A DNA stretch of 64,000 bases from an uncultured Chloroflexia bacterium (GTDB lineage Bacteria; Chloroflexota; Limnocylindria; Limnocylindrales; CSP1-4). The notes beneath the pieces were generated by a model. The model ran no database searches. It was not told the origin of the DNA and worked only from the letters and a program-made list of their open reading frames with translations. Every line of letters begins with the position of its first letter. Position 1 is the stretch's first letter. Below, piece by piece: positions 30,309 through 40,181 of the stretch. The translations under genes and the position numbers were made by a program. Location: positions 67,756-131,755 of the forward strand of contig CAVZHW010000007.1 of assembly GCA_963775225.1 (NCBI GenBank), read 5' to 3'.

Positions 30309-31784
30309 GTGGCAAGCAACTTTGTCCACGGCCTGCTCTTCGGCGGCGACTACGACGTCGCGCGCTTCCTGATCGAGCGCGGGCTGGGGGTGCTCTATCT
30401 CATCGCCTTCGTCGTGGCGCTGCGCCAGTTTCCGGCTCTCGCCGGCGAGCGCGGGCTCGACCCGGCGCCGGACTTCCTGGCCCTTGTCGGCTTCCGTCAG
30501 GCGCCGAGCATCTTCCACTGGCGCTACTCGGACGATCTGCTGCGGCTGGTCGCCTGGCTGGGCATCGCCCTGGCCCTCCTCGTCAGCCTGGGCATGGCCG
30601 CGGCGCTGCCGCTGCCGCTGACCATGCTCGTGTGGTTTGCGCTGTGGGCGCTCTACCTGTCGATCGTCAACGTCGGCGGCACCTTCTACGGTTTTGGCTG
30701 GGAGTCCCAGCTGGTCGAAACCGGCTTCGTGGCGATTTTTCTGGGCAACAGCGCCTACGCGCCGCCCTTCGTGGTGCTGCTGCTGCTGCGCTGGATCGCC
30801 TTTCGCGTCGAGTTCGGCGCGGGCTTGATCAAGTTGCGTGGCGACCCGTGCTGGCGCAACCTGACGTGCCTCGACTACCACCACGAGACCCAGCCGCTGC
30901 CCAACCCGCTGAGCTGGTTCGCGCATCACGCGCCGCGCGTCTTCCATCGCCTCGAGGGCGCGGGCAACTTCTTCGCCCAGCTGGTGCTGCCGCTCGGGCT
31001 GTTCCTGCCCCAGCCGCTGGCGTCACTCGCGGCCGTGCTGATGATCGGTACGCAGCTGTACCTCGTCCTTACCGGCAACTACGCCTGGCTCAACTGGATC
31101 ACGATCCTGGCCCTCGTTGCCGGGATATCCGATTCGTCGATCGAGCTGCTGCTGCCGGGCGTCGCGCCAGCAGGCATTGGCGTTGCCGGCGCACCGTCGT
31201 GGTTCGTCGCCGCCGCAGCGGCGTTGACGCTGCTCGTAGTTGGCCTCAGCTACTGGCCGGTACGCAACCTGCTCAGCTCGCACCAGGCCATGAATCGTTC
31301 GTTCAACGCCTGGCATCTGGTCAACACCTACGGCGCTTTCGGCAGCGTCACCCGGACGCGCTACGAGGTGATCGTCGAGGGCACGACCGCCGAGCAGCCG
31401 TCGTCCGCCGAGGACTGGCAGGAGTACGGCTTCAAGGCCAAGCCCGGCGACCCGCGCCGCATGTCGCCGCAGATTGCCCCGTACCACCTGCGCCTCGACT
31501 GGCTGATGTGGTTCATCCCCATCTCGCCGGCGTACGCTGGTGATTGGTTCTTCCGCTTCCTCGTGCGCTTGCTGGAGGCCGACCGTCCGACGCTCCGCCT
31601 GCTCCGCCTCGATCCCTTCGCCGGCGCGCGCCCGACCTTCGTGCGCGCCCGCCTGTTCCGCTACCGCTTCTCGACTCCGCGCATCCTGCGCGAGACGGGC
31701 GCCTGGTGGGTCCGCGAGCCGGTGAGCGAGCTGGTGCCGCCGATGCGCCTGCGGAGCGAAGCGGCAATCGGAGCGATTGCATGA
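30309..31784 (+). CDS. lipase maturation factor (LMF1/DUF1222)-like polytopic membrane protein
   Basis: Multi-TM N-terminal region plus a conserved C-terminal region (WESQLVETGF, LRGDPCWRNLTCLDYHHETQPLPNP) resembling LMF family proteins. Confidence 0.55.
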   Translation: MASNFVHGLLFGGDYDVARFLIERGLGVLYLIAFVVALRQFPALAGERGLDPAPDFLALVGFRQAPSIFHWRYSDDLLRLVAWLGIALALLVSLGMAAALPLPLTMLVWFALWALYLSIVNVGGTFYGFGWESQLVETGFVAIFLGNSAYAPPFVVLLLLRWIAFRVEFGAGLIKLRGDPCWRNLTCLDYHHETQPLPNPLSWFAHHAPRVFHRLEGAGNFFAQLVLPLGLFLPQPLASLAAVLMIGTQLYLVLTGNYAWLNWITILALVAGISDSSIELLLPGVAPAGIGVAGAPSWFVAAAAALTLLVVGLSYWPVRNLLSSHQAMNRSFNAWHLVNTYGAFGSVTRTRYEVIVEGTTAEQPSSAEDWQEYGFKAKPGDPRRMSPQIAPYHLRLDWLMWFIPISPAYAGDWFFRFLVRLLEADRPTLRLLRLDPFAGARPTFVRARLFRYRFSTPRILRETGAWWVREPVSELVPPMRLRSEAAIGAIA

Positions 31785-33208
31785 GCGGGGCGCGTGCAGT
31801 GGTTGTCGGCAGCGGCCCGAACGGGCTGGCGGCGGCCATCGTGCTCGCCGAGGCGGGCCTGTCGGTGACGGTACTCGAAGCCGCGCCACAGATCGGTGGC
31901 GGCGTGCGCTCGGCGGAGCTCACCCGGCCCGGCTATGTGCATGACGTCTGCAGTGCGATCTACCCGTTCGGCCGCAGCTCGCCTTTCTTCGCGCCGCGCC
32001 AGCACGCGCTCGAGGGGCATGGGCTGCACTGGGCGGAGCCGCGTTACGCGATCGGCCACCCGCTCGATGACGAGCCGGCGGTCCTCGTCGAGCGCGACGT
32101 CGCCGCGACTGCCGCGCGGCTGGGCAGCGATGCGCGCACGTACCAGTCGCTGATCGGGCCGCTGGTCGAGCACTGGCCGTCGCTGATGCCCGATGTGCTC
32201 GCCCCGTTCCATGTGCCGCTGTGGCCGCCCGACACGCTGCGGCTGGCACGCTTCGGGCTGACCGCGGTCCAGTCGGCGCGCTTCGTGGCGCGGCGCTTCG
32301 CGACGAAGCGCGCACGGGCGCTGTGGGCCGGCGCCGCGGCGCATTCGATCCTGCCGCTCGGACGCTCCATCAGCGCCGCGGCGGGATTGCTGATGCTTGC
32401 CAGTGCCCATGCCGACGGCTGGCCGCTGCCGGTCGGCGGCGCGGGCGTCATCCCGGAGGCCATGGGCGCCCGCTTGCTGGCCCTGGGCGGGCGCATCGAC
32501 ACCGACCTGAAAGTGACGGCATATGAGGAGATGCCCGAACACGACCTGGCGCTCTTGGACGTGATGCCCGGCGCCCTGGCGCGCATCTGCCGCGAGCAGT
32601 TGCCGGGCGGTTACCGGCACAAGCTCGAGACCTATCGCCATGGCCCGGGGGTGTTCAAGCTCGACCTGGCCATCGAGGGGCACATTCCCTGGCGCGATGA
32701 GTCCCTGCTCGATGCCGGCACGGTGCACCTGGGCGGGACGCTCGAAGAGATAGCCCTGTCCGAGGCAACGATCTCCGGCGGCCGCATTCCCGAACGACCA
32801 TTCGTGCTCCTCGCGCAGCAGAGCCTCTTCGATCGTTCGCGGGCACCGGCCGGCCACAACACGGTGTGGGCCTACTGCCACGTGCCCAACGGCTCGGCAG
32901 TCGACATGAGTGAGGCGATCATCGACCAGATCGACCGCTTCGCGCCCGGCTTTCGCGGCCACATCCTGGCCGCCGCCGCCGCCGGCCCGGCCGAGATCGA
33001 GAGCTACAACGCGAATTACGTGGGCGGCGACATCGGCGGCGGCATCCTCGAGCTCGGCCAGCTCTTCGATCGCCCGGCACGGCCGTGGAACCCGTACTCG
33101 ACGCCCAACCGGGCGATCTACCTCTGCTCGAGCGCGACCCCGCCCGGTGCCGGCGTCCACGGTATGTGCGGGCTCCACGCCGCACAGTCGGCGCTGCGTC
33201 GTTTGTGA
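31781..33208 (+). CDS. FAD-dependent oxidoreductase of the phytoene desaturase (CrtI/amine oxidase) family
   Basis: N-terminal dinucleotide-binding motif VVVGSGPNGLAAAIVLAEAGLSVTVLEA. ATGA overlap with the preceding gene. The supplied ORF (31544..33208) starts upstream, inside the LMF-like gene. Confidence 0.7.
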   Translation: MSGARAVVVGSGPNGLAAAIVLAEAGLSVTVLEAAPQIGGGVRSAELTRPGYVHDVCSAIYPFGRSSPFFAPRQHALEGHGLHWAEPRYAIGHPLDDEPAVLVERDVAATAARLGSDARTYQSLIGPLVEHWPSLMPDVLAPFHVPLWPPDTLRLARFGLTAVQSARFVARRFATKRARALWAGAAAHSILPLGRSISAAAGLLMLASAHADGWPLPVGGAGVIPEAMGARLLALGGRIDTDLKVTAYEEMPEHDLALLDVMPGALARICREQLPGGYRHKLETYRHGPGVFKLDLAIEGHIPWRDESLLDAGTVHLGGTLEEIALSEATISGGRIPERPFVLLAQQSLFDRSRAPAGHNTVWAYCHVPNGSAVDMSEAIIDQIDRFAPGFRGHILAAAAAGPAEIESYNANYVGGDIGGGILELGQLFDRPARPWNPYSTPNRAIYLCSSATPPGAGVHGMCGLHAAQSALRRL

Positions 33209-33264
33209 CCTTGGACTCTCACCGCCAATGCGCGGCGGGCGGCAGACTACGCAACGTGAGTCGA

Positions 33265-35379
33265 ATGCCCCTCAGTTGCGCGTGGCGCCAGGCGCTGGCG
33301 GCGGTGCTCGTGGGCCTGGTGCTCGTGTGGTCGGGGGCTGCCGCAACCCGCGCCGCAGATATTCCCAGCCTGCAGAGCGCCGTAACCGACCAGACGGGTG
33401 TGCTGGCCGGACGCGAGGCGGCCATACAGGACGCCCTGCAACAGCTCTTCGAGAGCAGCGGCATCCAGCTCTACGTGCTCTTCGTGCCGACCACCGGCGA
33501 CATGAGCATCGGCGACTATGCCGCGGCGGTGGGCGATCAGGACCTGGGTTCCCGGGATGCCCTGCTGGTCGTGGCACTGCAGGATCACACCGACAACGTG
33601 AGCGTTGGCTCGGGTCTCAGCGACCGGGTCTCGCAGACGAGCCTCGACCGCCTCCGCACGAGCGTCCTCGAGCCGGGACTTGCCTCAGGCGACTACGCCG
33701 GCGCGGTGCTAAGCACAGTCAAATCACTACAGGACGTCTTCGGCGCGCCCGAGCCAGCGGTAACGCCACCACCCAGCCAGCCGGCCCAGCCGGCGCAGAG
33801 CTCCGGCGACGCGCTGATCTTCCTGGTGATCCTGGTCGCCTTGATCGCCGTCGTGGTTGGAGCGGCGTGGCTGGTCGGACGTATCCGTGCCCTGCGCGCC
33901 GAGCGCCAGGCGGCGTTCGAGGAGGCCAAGACCCAGGAGCAGCTCGGTCGACAGGCCAACAAGCTGCTCATCAAGACCGACGACGACCTGCGTGACGCCG
34001 AGCAGGAACTGGGCTTCGCGGAGGCGGAGTTCGGCAGCGACCAGGCCAAGCCGTTGCACTTGGCGCTCGACGGTGCGCACGAGGAGCTCAAGGCGGCGTT
34101 CGCGATCGGCCAGAAGCTCGACGATTCCGAGCCAGAGACACCCGAACAGCGGCGCGCGATGATCCAGGAGATTATCGACCACTGCACCAAGGCCGAGCAG
34201 GTGGTTGCCCAGCAATCGGCCGAGCTGGCGCATCTGCGCGACCTGGAGCGCAATGCCGGCGACGTGCTCGGGCGGCTCGACGGTGACCTCGCCACGGCGC
34301 AGGCTCAGCTGGGCGACACGACCGCGGCACAGGTCCGGCTGGCGCACTTTGCCGACGCGAGCACGGCGTCGGTGGCGGGCAACGTGGACAAGGCGCGCGA
34401 CAAGATCGCGCTCGCGCAGGAACGCCTGGCAGGCGGCCACAAGGCGTTGGCTGACGGCCAGAAGTCGGCTGCGGCACTGGCGGCGAACGAGGCTCAGACC
34501 GCCTTGGCCGATGCCACCACGCTGCTGACGGCGGTAGGCAACATGGCCGATTCGCTGGAGCAGACGGCGACCAAGCTGGACACCGAGCTGAAGGAAGCGG
34601 CGAGCGATGTCGAGGCTGCCCAGGCGGCGGTCAAACCAGGCGGACAGCCGACCCCGCCGCAGGCGCTTGCCGACGCCCAGTCGGCACTCAGCGACGCGCA
34701 GGCCAAGGCAGCCGGCGACCGACCCGACGTGCTGGCGGCGTTCCAGAGCGCGACGCAGGCGCATACGCTCGCCGACAAGATCCTGGCCGACGTACGCGAG
34801 GAGGCGGCGAAGCGGCAGCGTGCCTACCAGGGAGCGCAGGCGGCCATCGCCGCGGCCGACACCGGCGTGAGCCGGGTGCGCGATTACATCTCCGGCAATC
34901 GCCGCTCGCAGGACATCGGCCGTGCGGCGCGCAATCGGCTCGCGGAGGCGGAGCGGCACCTGGCACAGGCCAAGGCGGTGCTCGAACAGGACAGCGCGAA
35001 TGCCCTGTCCGAGGCGAATACGGCTGGGCAGCTCGCCAACGAGGCGTACGCGCTGGCTCAGCAGACGCCGCCCAGCTACGATCCCATCGATCCCAACCGC
35101 TATCGACCCGACACCGGCTTCGGCTCACTTTTGGCGGGTGCCATCCTGGGCTCGATCCTGACCGGTGGCGGACGACGCGGCGGGTGGGGTGGTGGGTACC
35201 GCGGCGGCCGGGGCGCGCCGACCAGGGGTCCGTCGGGCTGGGGCGGGCCAAGTGGTGGTTTCGGTGGCGGCCGCGCCAGCAGCGGTGGCTTCGGTGGTGG
35301 TTTCGGATCGGGTGGCTTCGGTGGAGGCCACGGTGGTGGTGGTTTCGGCGGCGGCCGCTCGAGCGGCGGTCACTGGTAG
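33265..35379 (+). CDS. TPM-domain membrane protein with a roughly 430 aa coiled-coil region and a Gly-rich C-terminal tail (YgcG-like topology)
   Basis: Signal peptide, then a TPM/TLP18.3 phosphatase-like domain (LFESSGIQLYVLFVPTTGD). Then a TM helix (LIFLVILVALIAVVVGAAWLV), a long Ala/Gln/Glu/Leu heptad-rich segment, a second hydrophobic segment (FGSLLAGAILGSIL), and a GGFGGG-repeat tail. Confidence 0.7.
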   Translation: MPLSCAWRQALAAVLVGLVLVWSGAAATRAADIPSLQSAVTDQTGVLAGREAAIQDALQQLFESSGIQLYVLFVPTTGDMSIGDYAAAVGDQDLGSRDALLVVALQDHTDNVSVGSGLSDRVSQTSLDRLRTSVLEPGLASGDYAGAVLSTVKSLQDVFGAPEPAVTPPPSQPAQPAQSSGDALIFLVILVALIAVVVGAAWLVGRIRALRAERQAAFEEAKTQEQLGRQANKLLIKTDDDLRDAEQELGFAEAEFGSDQAKPLHLALDGAHEELKAAFAIGQKLDDSEPETPEQRRAMIQEIIDHCTKAEQVVAQQSAELAHLRDLERNAGDVLGRLDGDLATAQAQLGDTTAAQVRLAHFADASTASVAGNVDKARDKIALAQERLAGGHKALADGQKSAAALAANEAQTALADATTLLTAVGNMADSLEQTATKLDTELKEAASDVEAAQAAVKPGGQPTPPQALADAQSALSDAQAKAAGDRPDVLAAFQSATQAHTLADKILADVREEAAKRQRAYQGAQAAIAAADTGVSRVRDYISGNRRSQDIGRAARNRLAEAERHLAQAKAVLEQDSANALSEANTAGQLANEAYALAQQTPPSYDPIDPNRYRPDTGFGSLLAGAILGSILTGGGRRGGWGGGYRGGRGAPTRGPSGWGGPSGGFGGGRASSGGFGGGFGSGGFGGGHGGGGFGGGRSSGGHW

Positions 35380-35394
35380 CGGAAGGAGAAGGAA

Positions 35395-36105
35395 ATGGCG
35401 CAGTCGATCCTGGGGCGCATCGGGCAGCTGGTGCGCGCCAACGTGAACGCGATGCTCGATTCGGCCGAGGACCCGGAGAAGATGCTCGACCAGCTGGTGC
35501 GCGACTTCACCGACAACATCGCCGAGGCGGAGCAGGCCGTCGCCCAGACGGTCGGCAACCTGCGCCTGCTCGAGGACGACGAGAAGGAGGCCGAGAAGGC
35601 GCACGAGGATTGGGGCAACAAGGCCGCCGCTGCGTCGCGCAAGGCCGACGAGCTGCGCGGCCAGGGCAACGCCGCCGAGGCGAACCAGTTCGACGAGCTG
35701 GCCAAGGTCGCGCTGCGCCGGCAACTCAGCTTCGAGAGCCAGATCGCGACCTTCAAGCAGCAGATCGAGCAGCAGACGGGGCTGACCGACCAGCTCAAGG
35801 ACGGCCTGAACAAGCTGCGCACCAAGCGCGAGGAACTGGTCCAGAAGCGCGACGAGCTCATTGCGCGGGCCAAGATGGCGCAGGCTCAGATGCAGGTCCA
35901 GGCGGCCGTCAAGAGCGTCTCAGTGATGGACCCCACGAGCGACCTCAACCGCTTCGAGGAGCGCATCCGGCGGCAGGAGGCAATGGCCCGCGGCATGGCC
36001 GAGGTTTCGGCCTCGTCGATCGACCAGCAGTTCTCCGACCTGGCTGACGCCGGTCAGGAACTGGAGGTTGATTCGCGCCTCGCGGCGCTCAAGGACAAGA
36101 GCTAA
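35395..36105 (+). CDS. pspA: PspA/IM30 (phage shock protein A / Vipp1) family protein
   Basis: N-terminal amphipathic helix MAQSILGRIGQLVRANVNAMLD and a coiled-coil ESCRT-III-like body. 16 bp downstream of the TPM gene. Confidence 0.85.
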   Translation: MAQSILGRIGQLVRANVNAMLDSAEDPEKMLDQLVRDFTDNIAEAEQAVAQTVGNLRLLEDDEKEAEKAHEDWGNKAAAASRKADELRGQGNAAEANQFDELAKVALRRQLSFESQIATFKQQIEQQTGLTDQLKDGLNKLRTKREELVQKRDELIARAKMAQAQMQVQAAVKSVSVMDPTSDLNRFEERIRRQEAMARGMAEVSASSIDQQFSDLADAGQELEVDSRLAALKDKS

Positions 36106-36175
36106 CCGGGCGACGCTGGCCGGTCAGGAGCGTCACACGCCCAGCCGCTGGGCGGTTCCGGAGACCAGCGTGCGT

Positions 36176-36204
36176 GGGTTATGCCGACGACATCGGCATA
36201 ACCC
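36176..36204. terminator. terminator hairpin between convergent pspA and sppA
   Basis: gggttatgccga-cgaca-tcggcataaccc is a perfect 12 bp stem, 70 nt after the pspA stop. Confidence 0.5.
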
Positions 36205-36421
36205 GGTCTGCGAAGGCACAAGCGCCGATGCGGCAGACGGCCGTGAGCGTCCGGCCGGGGTATGCCTGAGCGAGGGCCGCCTTCTGTAGGACGGATGACG
36301 GGCTGTCGGCGCGGAACCGCGCGCTTGAGGCGGGTCTTGGGTCCACCATGCCAGCGTAATTGGCATGGCTGTGGCCAAGCGATCGTGAGCGTGCCGCGCG
36401 CCGCTGGGCTCTCCGCCGGCG

Positions 36422-37237
36422 CTACAGGCGCAGGTGGTCATTCAGTCGCGCGTCGATCTCGTCGGATAGTGCGCCTGCCACGCGCGTCGCGAAACGATCG
36501 GTGAGGCGCGCGAAGAATGGCCGTGGCAGACGGGCGACGGCCGCCTTGGCCGGAATGCCGGCCATGCCCGCGGCAATCTCGGTCGCATGCTCCAGATCGC
36601 CGATCTCGTCGACCAGGCCCAGATCGACGGCCTGGCGGCCCAGCCATACTTCGCCGGTCGCCAGCGCCCGTGCCTTCTCGGCAGAGAGGTGTCGCGCACT
36701 CGCGACGCGCTCGACGAACGCGTCGTACACGTGCTCGACGAGCTGCTGCTCCTTCGCCGCTTCCGCCTCCAATTCGCTGCGCCACGGTGCGCCCATGCCC
36801 TTCAAGCCGCCGGCCGTATGCTCGCTGACGTTGACACCCAGCCGCTCGAGCAGTGCCGGCACACGTGGCGCGACGTTGATCACGCCGACCGAGCCCACCA
36901 CCGAGGTCGGCGCGGCGACGATGCGCCGAGCGGCAATGGCCGCGAGATAGGCGCCCGAGGCGCCGGTGCCGGTGATAGCGGCAACGAGCGGCTTGGCCGC
37001 GGCCAGGCGTTCGAGCGCCATGAACAGGTTGTCCGATGCCGCCGCCGAGCCCCCCGGCGAGTCGATGTCGACGACCACCGCCGGCACCTTCCTGTTCTCA
37101 CGCAAGCGACGCACGAGCTCGAGCCACTCGGCGTTGCGCACGCCGCCGCCGATCGTCCCGTACAGGCGCACCACCGCGACGCGCCCGGGGCGGAAGCGGC
37201 GGCGCAGGCCGAGCAGCCGCATCAGCGAGAGTCCCAT
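36422..37237 (-). CDS. sppA: signal peptide peptidase SppA (S49 family, short form)
   Basis: S49 core (GSVGVINVAPRVPA, AASGAYLAAIAA). Confidence 0.8.
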   Translation of the reverse strand: MGLSLMRLLGLRRRFRPGRVAVVRLYGTIGGGVRNAEWLELVRRLRENRKVPAVVVDIDSPGGSAAASDNLFMALERLAAAKPLVAAITGTGASGAYLAAIAARRIVAAPTSVVGSVGVINVAPRVPALLERLGVNVSEHTAGGLKGMGAPWRSELEAEAAKEQQLVEHVYDAFVERVASARHLSAEKARALATGEVWLGRQAVDLGLVDEIGDLEHATEIAAGMAGIPAKAAVARLPRPFFARLTDRFATRVAGALSDEIDARLNDHLRL

Positions 37238-37258
37238 TTCGCGCCTCCAGTCAGATCG

Positions 37259-38158
37259 TCAGCGCCGCGTACGCGCGGCGATACGTTTGAGTGCCTCTTC
37301 CCAGCCCGCGTCGAGCGGCGTGCCGGGCTCGTCGAGGTCGATCAGCAGCGGCGCATGGTCGGACGGCACCGGCTGGCCCTTGCGCGCCTCGCGATCGATC
37401 TCGGCCCAGATGACACGCTCGGCCACCGGGCGCGTGACCAGCAGGTGGTCGATGCGCATGCCCAGGTTCTTGTGGAAGTTCCCGGCGCGATAGTCCCACC
37501 AGCTGAAGCGTTGCGGCTCGGGCCGCTGCGCCCGGTAGGCATCGACGAGCCCCCAGCCGAGCAGGGCCGCGAAGGCTGCGCGTTCGCGCGCCGAAACGTG
37601 CGTGCCACCATGCGCTTGCGCCTCGTTCCAGACGTCGATCGGCTCGGGCGCCACGTTCATGTCGCCGCCCAGCACGAGTGGCGCGTCCGGCGCGGCCGCT
37701 TCTGCCAGCCACTTGCGCAGCCGCTCGTACCAGGCCAGCTTGCCGGTGTAGAAAGGCGAGTCAACGACCCGGCCATTGGGTGCGTACAGGCACACGAAAC
37801 GGATGCCGCCGACAGTTGCGCTGAGCATGCGCGCCTCGTCGAAGGGGTTGAAGTCCTCTTCGGCGAAGTTGGTATCGGCGCCGGCGGCGCTGTTGCGCAC
37901 GGGACCGTCACCGAAGTTGGTCACGATGCTCGAGGCCGCGATCGGCAGGCGGCTGGCAATGGCCACGCCATTCCAGCGTCCCTCGCCATGGTGCACGAGC
38001 TCATAGCCGCGCATCTGGAAGGGCAGCAGCGGGGCGTCATCGTCGGCCAGCTTGGTCTCCTGCATCAGCAGCACATCCGGCTGGCCGCGCTCGAGCCACT
38101 CGAGCACACGGTCCATGCGTGCCTTCAGCGAGTTGACGTTCCAGGTGGCGATGCGCAC
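37259..38158 (-). CDS. xth: exodeoxyribonuclease III (AP endonuclease, Xth family)
   Basis: MRIATWNVNSLKARMDRVLEWL...LLMQETK N-terminal signature with EEP-fold catalytic residues. Confidence 0.88.
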   Translation of the reverse strand: MRIATWNVNSLKARMDRVLEWLERGQPDVLLMQETKLADDDAPLLPFQMRGYELVHHGEGRWNGVAIASRLPIAASSIVTNFGDGPVRNSAAGADTNFAEEDFNPFDEARMLSATVGGIRFVCLYAPNGRVVDSPFYTGKLAWYERLRKWLAEAAAPDAPLVLGGDMNVAPEPIDVWNEAQAHGGTHVSARERAAFAALLGWGLVDAYRAQRPEPQRFSWWDYRAGNFHKNLGMRIDHLLVTRPVAERVIWAEIDREARKGQPVPSDHAPLLIDLDEPGTPLDAGWEEALKRIAARTRR

Positions 38159-38331
38159 CGCCCGATTATCGGTCGCCGGAGCGATCCGGGACGCCGGGCG
38201 GCGTGTCGTCGATTCGCGGGCGTCTACCTGAAGCAGTCGAGGCGATCGCCGGGGAGCGCGTCTGGCTGCAGCAATCCATTGAGCGCGAGCTGGCCGACTA
38301 ATACTCGGCGCAATCTCGCTATCGTTCGCGC

Positions 38332-39561
38332 ATGACTGCCACCTACCACTTCCCCGGCGCTATTACTACTGAGCGCGAGCACACCGTTCCGCTCGACCAC
38401 CAGAGCCCCACCGGTCCGACCATCAGCGTGTTCACGCGCGAGGTCGCGGCGCCTGGCGGCGAGGACAAGCCGTACCTGGTCTTCCTCCAGGGCGGGCCGG
38501 GCATGGAGGCGACGCGGCCGACCAGCCCACCGTCGGGCTGGATCAAGCGCGCCCTCGAGGAGTACCGGGTGCTGCTGCTCGACCAGCGCGGCACCGGACG
38601 GTCGACACCGGTTGGCGCACAGATCCCGGGGGCCGATCCGCAGGCCCAGGCGGACTACCTGAAGCACTTCCGCGCCGACTCGATCGTGCGCGACGCCGAG
38701 CTGATCCGCCAGGAGCTGGGCGTAGAGCGCTGGAGCATCCTGGGCCAGAGCTTCGGTGGCTTCACCTCGATCGCCTACCTGTCGATCGCGCCGGGTGGCC
38801 TGCGCGAGGCGCTCCTCACCGGTGGGCTCACGCCGGTCGGTCGGCCGGCCGACGACATCTACAGCGCGACCTGGCAGCGCGCCATCCAGAAGAACCGCGA
38901 GTACTTCGCGCGTTATCCGGAGGATCGTGAGCGTGCGCACCAGATCTTCGACCGCCTCGACGCCAACGATGTGCGTCTGCCCAACGGTGATCAACTGACC
39001 TCGCGGCGCTTTCGGCAGCTGGGCATGTGGCTGGGTATGAGTGATGGCTTCGAGAAGCTGCACCAGGTGCTGGAGCTGCCGTTCGGGTCGAATGCCTTCC
39101 TGTACGACGCGCAGGCCGGCGCCTCGGGCTGGGAGCGCAACCCGATGTACGCGACGCTGCACGAGTCGTCGTATGCCGATGGGGTGGCAACACGCTGGGC
39201 GGCGGCGCGCACCATGCCGGCCGAGGTCCAAGAGCAGCGCTACTTCACCGCCGAGCACGTCTTTCCGTGGATGTGGGAGGACTACGCCGGGCTGCGTCCG
39301 CAGCGCGAAGCGGCGGAGATCCTGGCGCAGTTCGAGTGGCCGCGTCTGTATGACGCGGAGGTACTGAGCCACAACGAGGTGCCCGTCGCCGCGACGATCT
39401 ACGCCTACGACCTGTATATCGAGCGCGAGTTCGCCGAGGAGACGGCGGCGCAGGTGCGCGGCCTGCGACCGTGGCTGACCAATGAGTACGAGCACAACGG
39501 CCTGCGCTTCGGCGACCAGGTGCTCGGCCGGCTGATCGACATGGTCAAGGGCCGCGCCTAG
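38332..39561 (+). CDS. alpha/beta hydrolase, S33 proline iminopeptidase-like
   Basis: Nucleophile elbow GQSFGG in an alpha/beta hydrolase fold. 409 aa. Confidence 0.7.
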   Translation: MTATYHFPGAITTEREHTVPLDHQSPTGPTISVFTREVAAPGGEDKPYLVFLQGGPGMEATRPTSPPSGWIKRALEEYRVLLLDQRGTGRSTPVGAQIPGADPQAQADYLKHFRADSIVRDAELIRQELGVERWSILGQSFGGFTSIAYLSIAPGGLREALLTGGLTPVGRPADDIYSATWQRAIQKNREYFARYPEDRERAHQIFDRLDANDVRLPNGDQLTSRRFRQLGMWLGMSDGFEKLHQVLELPFGSNAFLYDAQAGASGWERNPMYATLHESSYADGVATRWAAARTMPAEVQEQRYFTAEHVFPWMWEDYAGLRPQREAAEILAQFEWPRLYDAEVLSHNEVPVAATIYAYDLYIEREFAEETAAQVRGLRPWLTNEYEHNGLRFGDQVLGRLIDMVKGRA

Positions 39562-40181
39562 TCATCAACCCGAGAACCTGCCGTTGGGCAACGGGCGGCA
39601 GGACCATGATCACTTCTCGTACGGCGCTGGGCACGCCACAGACGGTCGCTTGGCCGGCGTCTGGATATCAGAGTCGGGCGCCTCGCGTTCGACGTGTCGG
39701 TCGCCGCACTGATCACGGCCGTCCTCTTCGCCGTCAGCCAGGGTGCCTTCCACAGCACGAGCTTCTGCCTGCCCTCCACGTTCCTGCCGTCGCGCTGACG
39801 AGCTGATGCGCGCAGAGGATCGGAAGTGGGCGATTCCCTGAACAGTTGTGGTCAGAATCGGGCGATTCGCGGGAGTATCCCTGCATGAATCGCTCCTGAG
39901 CGATGCGGCACACGCATCGGCGTTGGACGCGGGCCTGCGTGACCCCGCCGGGGACGCGCCGCCGGCGCGACCCCGGCGGGGATGGTCCTGTAACCTGTTG
40001 CGCGCCATGACTGTTCCTCTCGGCGGGCGTGCCCGGCACGCCTGGCTGGCCACCGCCACCCGCCAGAACGGCTGATCCGCCCCTTCCACAACAGCGTCGG
40101 AGGAAGGGGCGAGAAACGACGCAGGCTGCCAGCGTGCCGGTCGGGCGCGCGCAGCGCGTCGTCTCGCAGTAGCGCGAGGAG

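Noticed and set aside
39606-39806. 66 aa ORF in the long intergenic region as a small protein gene
   Set aside because: No Shine-Dalgarno; Arg/Pro-rich composition like GC-driven random ORFs. The region was treated as non-coding (see finding).
39562-40181. Possible tRNA or rRNA fragment in the largest intergenic gap
   Set aside because: No cloverleaf-compatible sequence with a GTTCRANYC T-loop or conserved D-loop could be found by eye. I cannot run tRNAscan, so low-level uncertainty remains.
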